Below are positions 1 to 8,034 of a stretch of 40,466 bases of DNA, piece after piece. The stretch spans positions 1 through 40,466 of IMG/VR virus record IMGVR_UViG_3300049730_000275; one strand, written 5' to 3'. Each line of letters begins with the position of its first letter. Position 1 is the stretch's first letter. Made by a program: the position numbers and the translations under genes. The notes under the pieces were generated by a model. It searched no databases. It saw only the letters and a list, made by a program, of their open reading frames with translations, and was not told where the DNA came from. This stretch comes from a virus (Duplodnaviria; Caudoviricetes).

Positions 1-170
1 CCCGGTTTGTGACGCTTCTAAACCGGGCCGCGGCCCGGTTTGTGGGGCAGGCGGCCCGGTTTGTGACGCTTCTAAACCGGGCCGCGGCCCGGTTTGTGGG
101 GCAGGCGGCCCGGTTTGTGACGCGCGTAAACCGGGCCGCGGCCCGGTTTGTGGGGCAGGCGGCCCGGTTT
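1..170. repeat. 54-bp tandem repeat (~3 units here) with a perfect 22-bp palindrome per unit
   Basis: Unit cccggtttgtgacgc(ttc/gcg)taaaccgggccgcggcccggtttgtggggcaggcgg starts at 1, 55 and 109. Palindrome aaaccgggccgcggcccggttt at 20-41, 74-95 and 128-149. Encodes QTGPPAPQTGPRPGL(E/R)AS on the minus strand. Confidence 0.97.
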
Positions 171-1344
171 CTCCGCCCACGTCGGGGCTGCGTACATGAC
201 TCGCGGCGTGGCGCCCCAAGCCCGATCGGCTGATGCCGTGGTACCGGGCGACGAGCTCGCGGTGCGACGTCCCAACGCCGAGCGCCGCGTCGATCGCTGC
301 ACGTTCCGGGTGCGCGCACACGGCGCAGTGGCCCCGGCCGCCACTTGCTGTGGCCAGCCCATCGAGTCCCATCTCGGCCAGCGTCAGCCGGGGCCGTTCG
401 TGGTACGTCTCACGGGCGGTGGCCACGGCGTGGGCGACGGTCTGGGCGCCGTATGTGTCCGCGCCCCGGCGCTCGTCCCACTTGGGACGGTAGAGCCCCG
501 AACGGCGAAACAGCGCGTCCATGCGGGCGAGATCGCGCCCGGTCCAGAACGCCAGCAGCCCGCACAACGCGGCGTCGGCCTCGCTCTGGCTGCTGTACTC
601 CCCTGTCCACTGGCCTGCCCACAGCCGGCCGAACTTGGCGCCGTTGGCGGCCCGCAGAGCGGTGGCCACCAATTCGTCGTCGCCCAGGAAGGTGCCAATC
701 GGCGTGATGGGTGGCGGCGGCACGAGCGGTGGCCCGAACAACTCCGCGTAGAGCGCGTCGAGCGCATCCTGGCGGGGGCACACGTCGCGGGGCGTGCCGG
801 CCAGATGCAGGCCGGTGCAGGTGAAAAACCGCCCGCTGCCGTACAGCTCGACGTGCCCCCCCCCGCCGTCGGGCGCCCCGGGGGGCCAGGGTGCGCGCCG
901 CCCGCGGCCGTCCCCTGGCAGCGCCGCGGCTAGCAGCACGTGCACGCCAGTGCCCGACGGCGACGCCTCGGCGTAGCTGTCCAGGCGCTCGACCAGACGC
1001 TGCGCCCACGGCGCCAGCGTGCCCGTGTCCGGTGCCCGGCAATGGTCGAGATCCAGCCCGGCAACGTCGCCGGCGAACACCACGCCGACACCGTCCAGCT
1101 TGGCGCGCGTGGCGTAGTCGCAGGCCTGCACGAACCCGCCCCAGGTGTCGGGATCGGTGGTCGAGGCGCGCCGGCCGGTCAGCGGACTGTAGGGCACTTT
1201 CGTCGGTTTGCCGGCCCGACGCTCGGTGCGCCAGGCCACCCACTGCGGACGGCAGACCAGATCGATCGGCAGCGCGGCCGCGAGGTGTGCGGGGTCAAAG
1301 CGTGGGCTGGAGGAGGCGGGAGACGCGTTGCCGGCGGCGACCAT
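1..1344 (-). CDS. Primase-helicase, N-terminal half: AEP/primase-polymerase (NrS-1-like) domain, helical bundle, Zn-finger/HTH and repeat linker; runs off the window start
   Basis: Manually translated from ATG at 1344: QWVAWR..KPTKVPY..TG..ASTTDPDTW..GVGVVF..GLDLDHC..YAEASPSGTGVH..VELYGSGRFFTCTG..SQSEADAALCGLLAFWTG..MDALFRRSGLYRPKWD. No stop down to base 1. It is missing from the ORF track because the frame is open-ended. Confidence 0.9.
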   Translation of the reverse strand, partial: MVAAGNASPASSSPRFDPAHLAAALPIDLVCRPQWVAWRTERRAGKPTKVPYSPLTGRRASTTDPDTWGGFVQACDYATRAKLDGVGVVFAGDVAGLDLDHCRAPDTGTLAPWAQRLVERLDSYAEASPSGTGVHVLLAAALPGDGRGRRAPWPPGAPDGGGGHVELYGSGRFFTCTGLHLAGTPRDVCPRQDALDALYAELFGPPLVPPPPITPIGTFLGDDELVATALRAANGAKFGRLWAGQWTGEYSSQSEADAALCGLLAFWTGRDLARMDALFRRSGLYRPKWDERRGADTYGAQTVAHAVATARETYHERPRLTLAEMGLDGLATASGGRGHCAVCAHPERAAIDAALGVGTSHRELVARYHGISRSGLGRHAASHVRSPDVGGETGPPAPQTGPRPGLRASQTGPPAPQTGPRPGLEASQTGPPAPQTGPRPGLEASQTG

Positions 1345-1367
1345 CGGCTCGTGGCAGGAACGGGTAG

Positions 1368-1907
1368 TCAACCTACGGCGGCTCTGGCCGTCGCGCCCGC
1401 CCGGCCTGCCCGTGAGTCGGGTGGTGGCAGCCGGCGCTGCTGCTCGGCGTACAACTCGTAGACCGTGGTCTGGCCATTTGCGCCGTCGACGAGTTGGTAC
1501 GGCAGCATGACCTCGTCGAGGGCGACCATCCCCGTCTGCACCATCGCGAGCTGCACGTCGAGCCAGTCGCGAGCGATGCGCCAGGCGACCCGTTCGGGTT
1601 GCTCGCGGTACAGCCGGTCGACCCGCTCGCGCTCCTCCCGCATGCGCCGGTAGTCCGAGAACGTGCGCGCCGGCTTGAGCACACCCTCGCGCACGAGCAC
1701 GCGGCGCACGGCCGCCACGCGCACCGGCAGCGCGTAGTCGAGGGCACCGGCCGGCGTGTCCACCCGAAACGCGACGCCGGTTGGCCGTCGTGTGGCCCGA
1801 TCGTAGGTCGTGCTGATCCCCGAGGCGCCGGCCCGCAAGAGCATCCCCTGGATCTCGGCCAGGCTCTTCTCAACGGCGACGCTCGTGGTGTAGTTGAGTA
1901 AGGCCAT
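1368..1907 (-). CDS. Conserved phage hypothetical protein (NYTT...RVAWRI..DW family)
   Basis: MALLNYTTSVAVEKSLAEIQGML...PERVAWRIARDWLDVQLA. The start was shortened from the 1368..2225 ORF because the longer form overlaps vWA. Confidence 0.75.
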   Translation of the reverse strand: MALLNYTTSVAVEKSLAEIQGMLLRAGASGISTTYDRATRRPTGVAFRVDTPAGALDYALPVRVAAVRRVLVREGVLKPARTFSDYRRMREERERVDRLYREQPERVAWRIARDWLDVQLAMVQTGMVALDEVMLPYQLVDGANGQTTVYELYAEQQRRLPPPDSRAGRAGATARAAVG

Positions 1908-1915
1908 CGTGCCCG

Positions 1916-2470
1916 CTACGCGGTGAGCAGTGGCTTGACCACGTCGGCCAGCTCGCGTACCCGATCCGCCGTCGCATGCCGACCTCCCGACGCGGTGGCC
2001 AACCGCCGGAGAAACGCCGCGCCCGGTCCGCCTTCCGGGCCGACGAACACCGTCGAGATGGGACCGGCGAATCCGCGCGCCGTTGCCAGCGCTTTGGCCT
2101 GGTCGTCTGGTTCCCCGTCCGATACGACGACGAACCGCATCCCGCCCTGGTCGAAGGTTTTGGCGAACGCCAGCGCGCCGGCCAGGTCGGTGCCCCCCAT
2201 CGGCTCCGGCGGGACGCCGCCCCACATGAGCTGGGCGTGGCCGGCGAAACAGACCAGCGCGAGTTTGCCGGGTAGGTCGCGTTGCAGCGTGGCCAGTTCC
2301 TCCCGAGCCGAATCAATCCGTCGCCGGCTACCCCGCGAATCAGCGGTAGCCATCGACCCGCTGCAATCAAGTAGGATCAGCGACTCGACATCGAGTAACG
2401 CCTCGGCAAGCGGCACTCCCTTTACGGCCGCGGCTGATGCCACCGACCCAGCCACGATTGCCGGGCTCAT
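1916..2470 (-). CDS. Stand-alone vWA domain protein
   Basis: MIDAS DCSGS, GGTDL, VVSDGEP, and C-terminal FLRRLATASGG. Confidence 0.88.
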   Translation of the reverse strand: MSPAIVAGSVASAAAVKGVPLAEALLDVESLILLDCSGSMATADSRGSRRRIDSAREELATLQRDLPGKLALVCFAGHAQLMWGGVPPEPMGGTDLAGALAFAKTFDQGGMRFVVVSDGEPDDQAKALATARGFAGPISTVFVGPEGGPGAAFLRRLATASGGRHATADRVRELADVVKPLLTA

Positions 2471-3111
2471 CCGGCGGCCGCCATGGCCGCGCCCGCTGCC
2501 TCGTTGCGCTGCGCCTCCTGGGACGTGGCCTCCTGGGTGGGTGGCAGCCGGTAGACACCGGTCAACACGCGCACCAACTCGCCCCTGGCGACGAGATCGC
2601 TCAGCGCGTTGTAGAGCCCGTTGCTGTGGCCCTCGGTGTGCGCCGCGATCTCCGGCGCCAGCTTGAGGTCGAGCGCCGTGGTGGGGATGCCGTCGTGCTC
2701 CTGTTGCCGGCGGACCAGCTCGAGAATCGCCAGCCGCAGCGCCGTCTTGGAGAACCTCTGCCGGCCCGGCGTCACCGGCGTCACCGGCGTCACGGGTGCC
2801 CCGGCTGCCGGGGGGGGCGCCGCCGGCGGCGCCACCCGACCCGCCCCGATCTGCCCCGCCCTCGCCTTGCGCTTGCGGTAGAAGGCCAGCGCCTCGCGGA
2901 TCGGCTTGAGGGCGGTCTCGATGGTGGCGATCGCCTTTGCCGACTGCGCGTGGTGGGCCTGGTGCTCGCGCAGCCGTTGCTCGCCCTCGGCGATCAATCC
3001 CCCGACAAGAGTCTCAAACCCGTCGGCCACGTCGAGCTCGCGGGACGCGCTCGCGCGGTCGACCGGCGGGACGGCTACTGGCGTAGGGCGGGCGGCGCCG
3101 TTCGGACTCAT
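2467..3111 (-). CDS. Coiled-coil + winged-helix-like hypothetical protein
   Basis: ATGA overlaps at both ends. Heptad-like N-terminus, Pro-rich linker, then LYNALSDLVARGELVRVLTGVYRL (wHTH-like wing). Confidence 0.6.
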   Translation of the reverse strand: MSPNGAARPTPVAVPPVDRASASRELDVADGFETLVGGLIAEGEQRLREHQAHHAQSAKAIATIETALKPIREALAFYRKRKARAGQIGAGRVAPPAAPPPAAGAPVTPVTPVTPGRQRFSKTALRLAILELVRRQQEHDGIPTTALDLKLAPEIAAHTEGHSNGLYNALSDLVARGELVRVLTGVYRLPPTQEATSQEAQRNEAAGAAMAAAG

Positions 3112-4028
3112 AGCCACTCCTCTCGAAAGTGTTTGGCGTTCGGCGGCCAGCTCGTACACAACACCTTGCCATCGGCCCGGCGAATGTCCTCCCAGCTGGT
3201 AATCCGGCTGACGGAGAACTGCCCCAGCCGCGGCCGGCCCTCGCACAACACCCAGCCACAGCGCAGCAGCGGCCGGAAGCGCGCCCCGTCATTGGCGGCG
3301 GCCGAGGGTGGCGTGGCTTGGGCTGCGTAGCGCAACCCCAGCTCGTAGCGGGCGCGCGTGGCCGGGTCGCCGAGCACCTCGTACGCCCGCTGGAGCCGGC
3401 GGAACTGGTCGGCGGCGTCGGGCTCGTGGTTCACGTCGGGGTGGGTGGCCCGCGCCAGCCGGCGGTAGGCGGCCTTGACCTCCTCCAGCGTGGCCGTCTG
3501 GGCCAGCCCCAGCACGCCGAACAGGGTGATCGTCGCGGCCGAGCGGGCCATCCTGGCTGGCTGCTGCGGTTTGCCCGGTGCCGCGGGATCGTGGGGTTGG
3601 GGGCACCACCAGTCCAGCAGCACCGCCTCCGGAAATACCAGCGTCCAGCCCCCGTCGGCCCAACCCGAGGCGGTGACCAAGCCGTCGCCGCGTGCCTTGC
3701 AGCCGCCCAGGTACTCCAGCTGTACCAGCCGTGTCTGGAGCGCGGCGGGCATGGCGTCCAGCCGGGGCGCGCTGATCGTCACGCCCAGGTGGCGCTGCGC
3801 CAGGTCGACGCACGTCTGTGCATGCAGCGGATCGACCAGCCAGCGCTTGCGCTCGCCGTCCCAGTGCCGGCCGGAGGAGGGGATACGGCGCTTCAGCTCG
3901 GCCACCAACTCGGGCCGATAACTGCTCTCGAACGCCAGCGCGCCGTCGTCGAGAGGCCGCAGCCGGGCGTACCGGCGGCCGGTTCCATGCGGGACTGACG
4001 CCGCCAGCGGGGTACCGGTGGTCGCCAT
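3108..4028 (-). CDS. J-domain (DnaJ-like) protein with N-terminal HARP-like segment
   Basis: LFGVLGLAQTATLEEVKAAYRRLARATHPDVN..AADQFRRLQRAYEVLGDPATRARYE with intact HPD at 3435-3443. N-terminus YRPELVAELKRRIP..RHWDGERKRWLV. Confidence 0.9.
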   Translation of the reverse strand: MATTGTPLAASVPHGTGRRYARLRPLDDGALAFESSYRPELVAELKRRIPSSGRHWDGERKRWLVDPLHAQTCVDLAQRHLGVTISAPRLDAMPAALQTRLVQLEYLGGCKARGDGLVTASGWADGGWTLVFPEAVLLDWWCPQPHDPAAPGKPQQPARMARSAATITLFGVLGLAQTATLEEVKAAYRRLARATHPDVNHEPDAADQFRRLQRAYEVLGDPATRARYELGLRYAAQATPPSAAANDGARFRPLLRCGWVLCEGRPRLGQFSVSRITSWEDIRRADGKVLCTSWPPNAKHFREEWL

Positions 4029-4300
4029 CAGCGGGCTCCCGCCTCCGCCTCCCGCGCTAGCTGGTGCAGGCGCTCGAGCACCACCTCGGCGTCGCGATCG
4101 TCCGCCCGCAGGATGACGCCGTTGCGGGTGGCGGACCCGTAGTGCCACGGCTGGCCGTCGCGCAGGCCGCCGCCGAGTTGCACCTCCCACCCGGCGGCGC
4201 TGAGGATGGACCAGGGATCGGGTAGCAGCGGTCGCTGCTCGTAGCGCATGCGTTGGGCCCTTGCCCGGCCTGCCGAGCGCGTCGATCGTCTACCCGCCAT
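4028..4300 (-). CDS. Small hypothetical protein
   Basis: Fills the gap between neighbours; TGATG-coupled to the J-domain gene. Confidence 0.55.
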   Translation of the reverse strand: MAGRRSTRSAGRARAQRMRYEQRPLLPDPWSILSAAGWEVQLGGGLRDGQPWHYGSATRNGVILRADDRDAEVVLERLHQLAREAEAGAR

Positions 4301-4622
4301 CGGTCGCGTCCTCCGCCCGCACGCGGTCGACCAGTCGGGACAGTGCCGAGTCGGGTTCGGCTCCGGCCGCGGCCGCGCGGCGGGCCGCGTCGAGCTTGGC
4401 CACGATCCCCATCAACAGCAGCTCGCGGGCGTCCCACCGTTGCTGCTCCTCGCGGGACTGCCGTTCGTTGGTGGCGTTCGACGTGGCCACCGCGGCCTGG
4501 AGGAGCACCGCTGTCCGCACGTGACGCGCCTCTTCGAGGGTCAAGGTGAGCGAGATCTCGGCCGTCGTCCCGGTCGTCGCGGTCGTCCCGGTCGTCGCCG
4601 GCTCACTGGCCGCATTCGTCAT
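4290..4622 (-). CDS. Hypothetical helical protein
   Basis: MTNAASEPATTGTTATTGTT...LTLEEARHVR; high GC3; fits the operon. Confidence 0.55.
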   Translation of the reverse strand: MTNAASEPATTGTTATTGTTAEISLTLTLEEARHVRTAVLLQAAVATSNATNERQSREEQQRWDARELLLMGIVAKLDAARRAAAAGAEPDSALSRLVDRVRAEDATDGG

Positions 4623-6033
4623 CGGCGTCACTCCAGTCCACGAGATCGCACCCCAGAAACCGCCGGCCCATCTCGGCGGCCACCTCGAGTACCCTCCCGC
4701 TCCCGGCGAACGGATCGAGCACCGCGCCACCGGGCGGGCAGGCGTGGCCGATACACCGGCGCACCAGCCCGCTCGGAAACACGGCCGGATGGGCGCCCAC
4801 GTCGGCAGTGCCGTTCGGCTCCCGCCCGACGGCGATGGGCCACACGTCGACGACTCCTGCGGGGCCGCCGGCCTCCCGATCGAAATAGGGGTGCGCGCTC
4901 CGCGTGAGGGCGAACACCGGTTCCCAGGCCTCGGTCAGCCGGTCGAACACGTTGGCCGGCAGATGGTTGGGCTTGGTCCAGGCGATCACGTTGCGCAGGC
5001 GCCAGCCGTCGGTCTGCACCAACGCGGTCACCAGCCGCCAGGGCACCAGGCACAGACTCTTCGACGGCACATCGAACCGGCGCCCATCCGGCGCGCCTGC
5101 GCTCTGCCGGCGGGCGGTGTCCGAGATGCCCCGCCGGCGCTCGGGCTTGCCGCGCTGCTGCCCCGGCTGCGAGGCGTAGGTGTCGCCGAGCACCAGGAAC
5201 AGCCAGCCGGTCGGCGTAAGCACCCGCCCGATCTCTCCGACGATCCGGCGCAGCGCCTCGACGTACGTCTGGGGATCGGCTTCCTGGCCCAGCTCGTCGG
5301 CATCACCGGCGCTGTACACGCGCTTTGCCCAATACGGCGGGGAGGTAACGCACAGGTCGACGCACCCGTCCGGCAGCGCGTGCAGGTAGCTCAAGGCGTC
5401 GATCGGCGCCACGCGGTCGTACCAGTCGCGGGGGGGCGCGCCGGGCGTGGCGCCGGCCAGGAACCGCGCCTCCCGTTCGAGCACCTGTTCCGCGAGTGCG
5501 CGGTTGCGGTCGGCGTGCGCGTCACGGTGCGACCGCACCTGGCGGTCGGCGTGCGCGTCACGGTGCGACCGCACCTGGCGGTCGGCGTGCGCGTCACGGT
5601 GCGCCAGCGGCCGCCGCCCGGCAACCACCGTCGCCACGTGCGCGGCGGTCAGGCCGGTTGCAGGCGCCGTCGCCACGGCTTCTGCCCAGGCCGCGCGCAC
5701 CGCCTCGGGGTCATCCTTGAGCGCCACCAGCGGCCGCGCCTCTCGCTCGCTGCGCGGTGGTTGTAGACCATGGTCTACATTTCCCTCGATTGCGCGCACC
5801 ACACGCGCCGCGTTGAGCAGCTTGTGCCCGTAGTCCCTCGTCCACCCCCACCGCACCCGGCAGTACGTCTCGAAGGTGCCGATGCCCAACTGGCGGTACA
5901 GACGCCGGTCGCGCACCTCAGCCAGCGCCTCGCCGACCTCGACAAACGCGGCCTTCCCGCGCTCGATTACGGATTCGCACTCGGCCAGCGTGCGCTGCCA
6001 GGGCTTCGGTTGCTGATCGAGGGTCAACGTCAC
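4603..6033 (-). CDS. Beta-class N4-C/N6-A DNA methyltransferase fused to an N-terminal phage helical domain (DUF3102-like)
   Basis: Motif IV VTSPPY precedes HPAVFP and motif I DPFAGSG. N-terminus FVEVGEALAEVRDRRLYR..TFETYC..RWGW. GTG start overlaps the upstream stop (GTGA). Confidence 0.9.
   Translation of the reverse strand: MTLTLDQQPKPWQRTLAECESVIERGKAAFVEVGEALAEVRDRRLYRQLGIGTFETYCRVRWGWTRDYGHKLLNAARVVRAIEGNVDHGLQPPRSEREARPLVALKDDPEAVRAAWAEAVATAPATGLTAAHVATVVAGRRPLAHRDAHADRQVRSHRDAHADRQVRSHRDAHADRNRALAEQVLEREARFLAGATPGAPPRDWYDRVAPIDALSYLHALPDGCVDLCVTSPPYWAKRVYSAGDADELGQEADPQTYVEALRRIVGEIGRVLTPTGWLFLVLGDTYASQPGQQRGKPERRRGISDTARRQSAGAPDGRRFDVPSKSLCLVPWRLVTALVQTDGWRLRNVIAWTKPNHLPANVFDRLTEAWEPVFALTRSAHPYFDREAGGPAGVVDVWPIAVGREPNGTADVGAHPAVFPSGLVRRCIGHACPPGGAVLDPFAGSGRVLEVAAEMGRRFLGCDLVDWSDADDECGQ
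5506..5603. repeat. 36-bp in-frame tandem repeat (~2.7 copies) in the MTase linker
   Basis: gcggtcggcgtgcgcgtcacggtgcgaccgcacctg at 5506 and 5542, partial at 5578; encodes HRDAHADRQVRS. Confidence 0.95.
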
Positions 6034-6473
6034 GGCACCACCTCCGTAGGCCATCCCGCGTAGGTGCGCCGTAGCGCCCGTTCCCAGCGCCGGAACGCCG
6101 CCCAATCCGCGCACACCGCGACGGGCTCGAGCGCGACCTCCGGCGGGCGCGGCTCCCAATCACCCGTACGGTAGCGCCGGATCGCGAACGGGCCCGTTAG
6201 CGGATCGTCCACCTCCACCAGGTAAACCGGCGCGACCGACAGCAGCGCGGTGTAGGCCAGCACTTCGGCGAAGCTCACCGGCTCACCCGGCTGCTTGCAG
6301 TCGACGATCGCCACCACCCCCGGCGGCCGTTTCTCGACCAGCACCAGGTCGACGTCCGTCGCGTAGAACCCGTGGCCCAGCATCGCCTTGTGCGCGTGTT
6401 TGAAGGCATCGCGCCGTGGACTGCCCCGTAGGCGCAGCGCGTGGTCGAAGTCGTCGACGAGCAACCGGCTCAT
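6030..6473 (-). CDS. Small PD-(D/E)XK-like (restriction-fold) protein
   Basis: TDVDLVLVEK...VAIVDCK pattern; ATGA/GTGA coupled to both neighbours. Confidence 0.55.
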   Translation of the reverse strand: MSRLLVDDFDHALRLRGSPRRDAFKHAHKAMLGHGFYATDVDLVLVEKRPPGVVAIVDCKQPGEPVSFAEVLAYTALLSVAPVYLVEVDDPLTGPFAIRRYRTGDWEPRPPEVALEPVAVCADWAAFRRWERALRRTYAGWPTEVVP

Positions 6474-7258
6474 CTACCCCATCCTTTGCCCACGCAGTCG
6501 CCCCACACGGGGCAGGTCGGGGTACAGCGCCACGAGCCCGGGTTGGGGACGAAGGCGCCCGCTTCCATCGCCCGCCACGCCGCCTGGATGTACTCGACCA
6601 CCCAGAAGAGCCGCGCCGGCCGGTACTCGACTTCGAGCACCTGCACCTGCGGACGGTGGCCCTTCACGAACACCCACCAGCGGAAGGCCAGGCGGGGCAG
6701 CGTGTGGCCCATCTGGAGCAGCGCTGCCAGGTAGATCAGCGGTTGCACCTCGCGCTCGGCGCGTTCCTGCGTCCACGGCCGGGCCGAGGTCTTGATGTCC
6801 CCCGGCACGCCATCGGCGCACACCACGTCCGCGAATCCGATCACCGGGATCGGCACCCCCGGCACCCGCAGCTCGAGGCGCTTCTGCAGCTGGGGCGTCC
6901 CGTCCTCGACGGACACCTCGATGTGATCCAACGCCTCGCGGGTGCCCGCATACGTCACCAGGCGCCGGCCCTGGGCCTCGACCTGTTCGGGCAGCTCGCC
7001 GTTCCACGCCACGCCGGGGTGCTCGCCGGCGCGCCCCGACCACGCTTCCGCCCAGAGCGTGGGCAGATCGCCGTGATCGCCCAGCGCTCGCGTGCGCAGA
7101 TAGCGCTCGACGCACGCGTCGAACACGCTGCCCAGCAGCAGCGCGGGCGTCACCGGCGTGGCCAGGCCGTCGACATAGCGCGCACGCCACGCCCGACCAC
7201 AATCACTGAATAAATGGAGCGATGAGTGACTCAAGTGATCCAGGCGAAGCTCACTCAT
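6470..7258 (-). CDS. Cas4/RecB-like PD-(D/E)XK exonuclease with Fe-S cysteines
   Basis: LSHSSL..FSDC, GFADV, DIKTS, QPLIY, and C-terminal C-x3-C-x5-C. Confidence 0.88.
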   Translation of the reverse strand: MSELRLDHLSHSSLHLFSDCGRAWRARYVDGLATPVTPALLLGSVFDACVERYLRTRALGDHGDLPTLWAEAWSGRAGEHPGVAWNGELPEQVEAQGRRLVTYAGTREALDHIEVSVEDGTPQLQKRLELRVPGVPIPVIGFADVVCADGVPGDIKTSARPWTQERAEREVQPLIYLAALLQMGHTLPRLAFRWWVFVKGHRPQVQVLEVEYRPARLFWVVEYIQAAWRAMEAGAFVPNPGSWRCTPTCPVWGDCVGKGWGR

Positions 7259-8034
7259 CGCACGTGCTTCCACATCTGCCGCAAGATGACCTTGCTGATG
7301 ACGGCCTGACTGACGCCGTACTGTTGGGCGAGCTCGTGTTGCACAATGCCGCCTCGGGCAAAAGTTGCGCGTATGGCTCTGACCTTGTCGTCGTCGAGCT
7401 TGGCTTTGGGCTGCTGCACGCCGCGACGCAAACGTTCTGGATGGGTGCGCGACCCGTGGCGATCTCCCCTCGGGCGACGCTCCGGCGGCGTATGGACGAA
7501 CCCTCGCCCCTTGGCAAACATGTCGGCCATGTTCTCGGCGTGCGTACCAAGAAAGAGATGCGCCGGATTGACGCAGCGGGGATTGTCGCCGCCAGGGCAG
7601 TTGTGGCAGACGTGCAAGCCGGCGGGAATAGGGCCGCGGTGCAGCTGCCACGAGTACCGGTGTGCGGTCGTGTGTCGGCCGTTCACGTAGAACTGTCCAT
7701 AGCCGGTGGGCATCACCGGGCTGGTCCACACCCAACAGCCCATTTCCTGCTTGTCCACCTTGGCCCAAAAACGCGATTCCGGGGTCCCGAACGCCGCAAA
7801 GAAGCAGGCCCGACTACAGAAGCGTGTCGCTCGTGTTTTGACCGCAGAGGGGGTGACCCAAAACGTCGCGCCGCACTGTTCGCACCGCCGTTCGCTCCGT
7901 GGCTCGGTCACCATCGCGCGCGCTGCGCACGTCTGTCCGCAGTACCGCCCCTTCCCTCGCCTCACGAGATCCAGCCGAGCACGGAACTCCATGCCACAGT
8001 GCGCACACGTCCGCGGGATCGTTGAGCGCCCCAT
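7255..8034 (-). CDS. Free-standing HNH homing endonuclease 1 (two Zn fingers, HNH, C-terminal HTH)
   Basis: CAHC/YCGQTC/CEQC/FCSRAC; [40 protein letters not shown]; QHELAQQYGVSQAVISK; lower GC than neighbours. Confidence 0.92.
   Translation of the reverse strand: MGRSTIPRTCAHCGMEFRARLDLVRRGKGRYCGQTCAARAMVTEPRSERRCEQCGATFWVTPSAVKTRATRFCSRACFFAAFGTPESRFWAKVDKQEMGCWVWTSPVMPTGYGQFYVNGRHTTAHRYSWQLHRGPIPAGLHVCHNCPGGDNPRCVNPAHLFLGTHAENMADMFAKGRGFVHTPPERRPRGDRHGSRTHPERLRRGVQQPKAKLDDDKVRAIRATFARGGIVQHELAQQYGVSQAVISKVILRQMWKHVR

Noticed and set aside
20-41. 22-bp palindrome as a protelomerase (hairpin telomere) site
   Set aside because: It is multicopy and inside a CDS, no TelN-like gene is present, and the phage has an integrase and attP.
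1-170. 54-bp array as a CRISPR or other guide-RNA array
   Set aside because: There are no unique spacers (only a 3-nt two-state variation), it lies in-frame in a gene, and there is no cas operon or recognisable RNA-guided effector.
9-933. ORFs 9..233(+), 72..362(-), 148..933(+) and similar
   Set aside because: They are alternative frames over the primase gene and repeat; the true frame is 1344->1 on the minus strand.
6470-7258. Cas4-like gene as evidence of CRISPR-Cas or a casposon
   Set aside because: No cas1/cas2 or array; its position near a RecT-like gene fits a phage recombination exonuclease.
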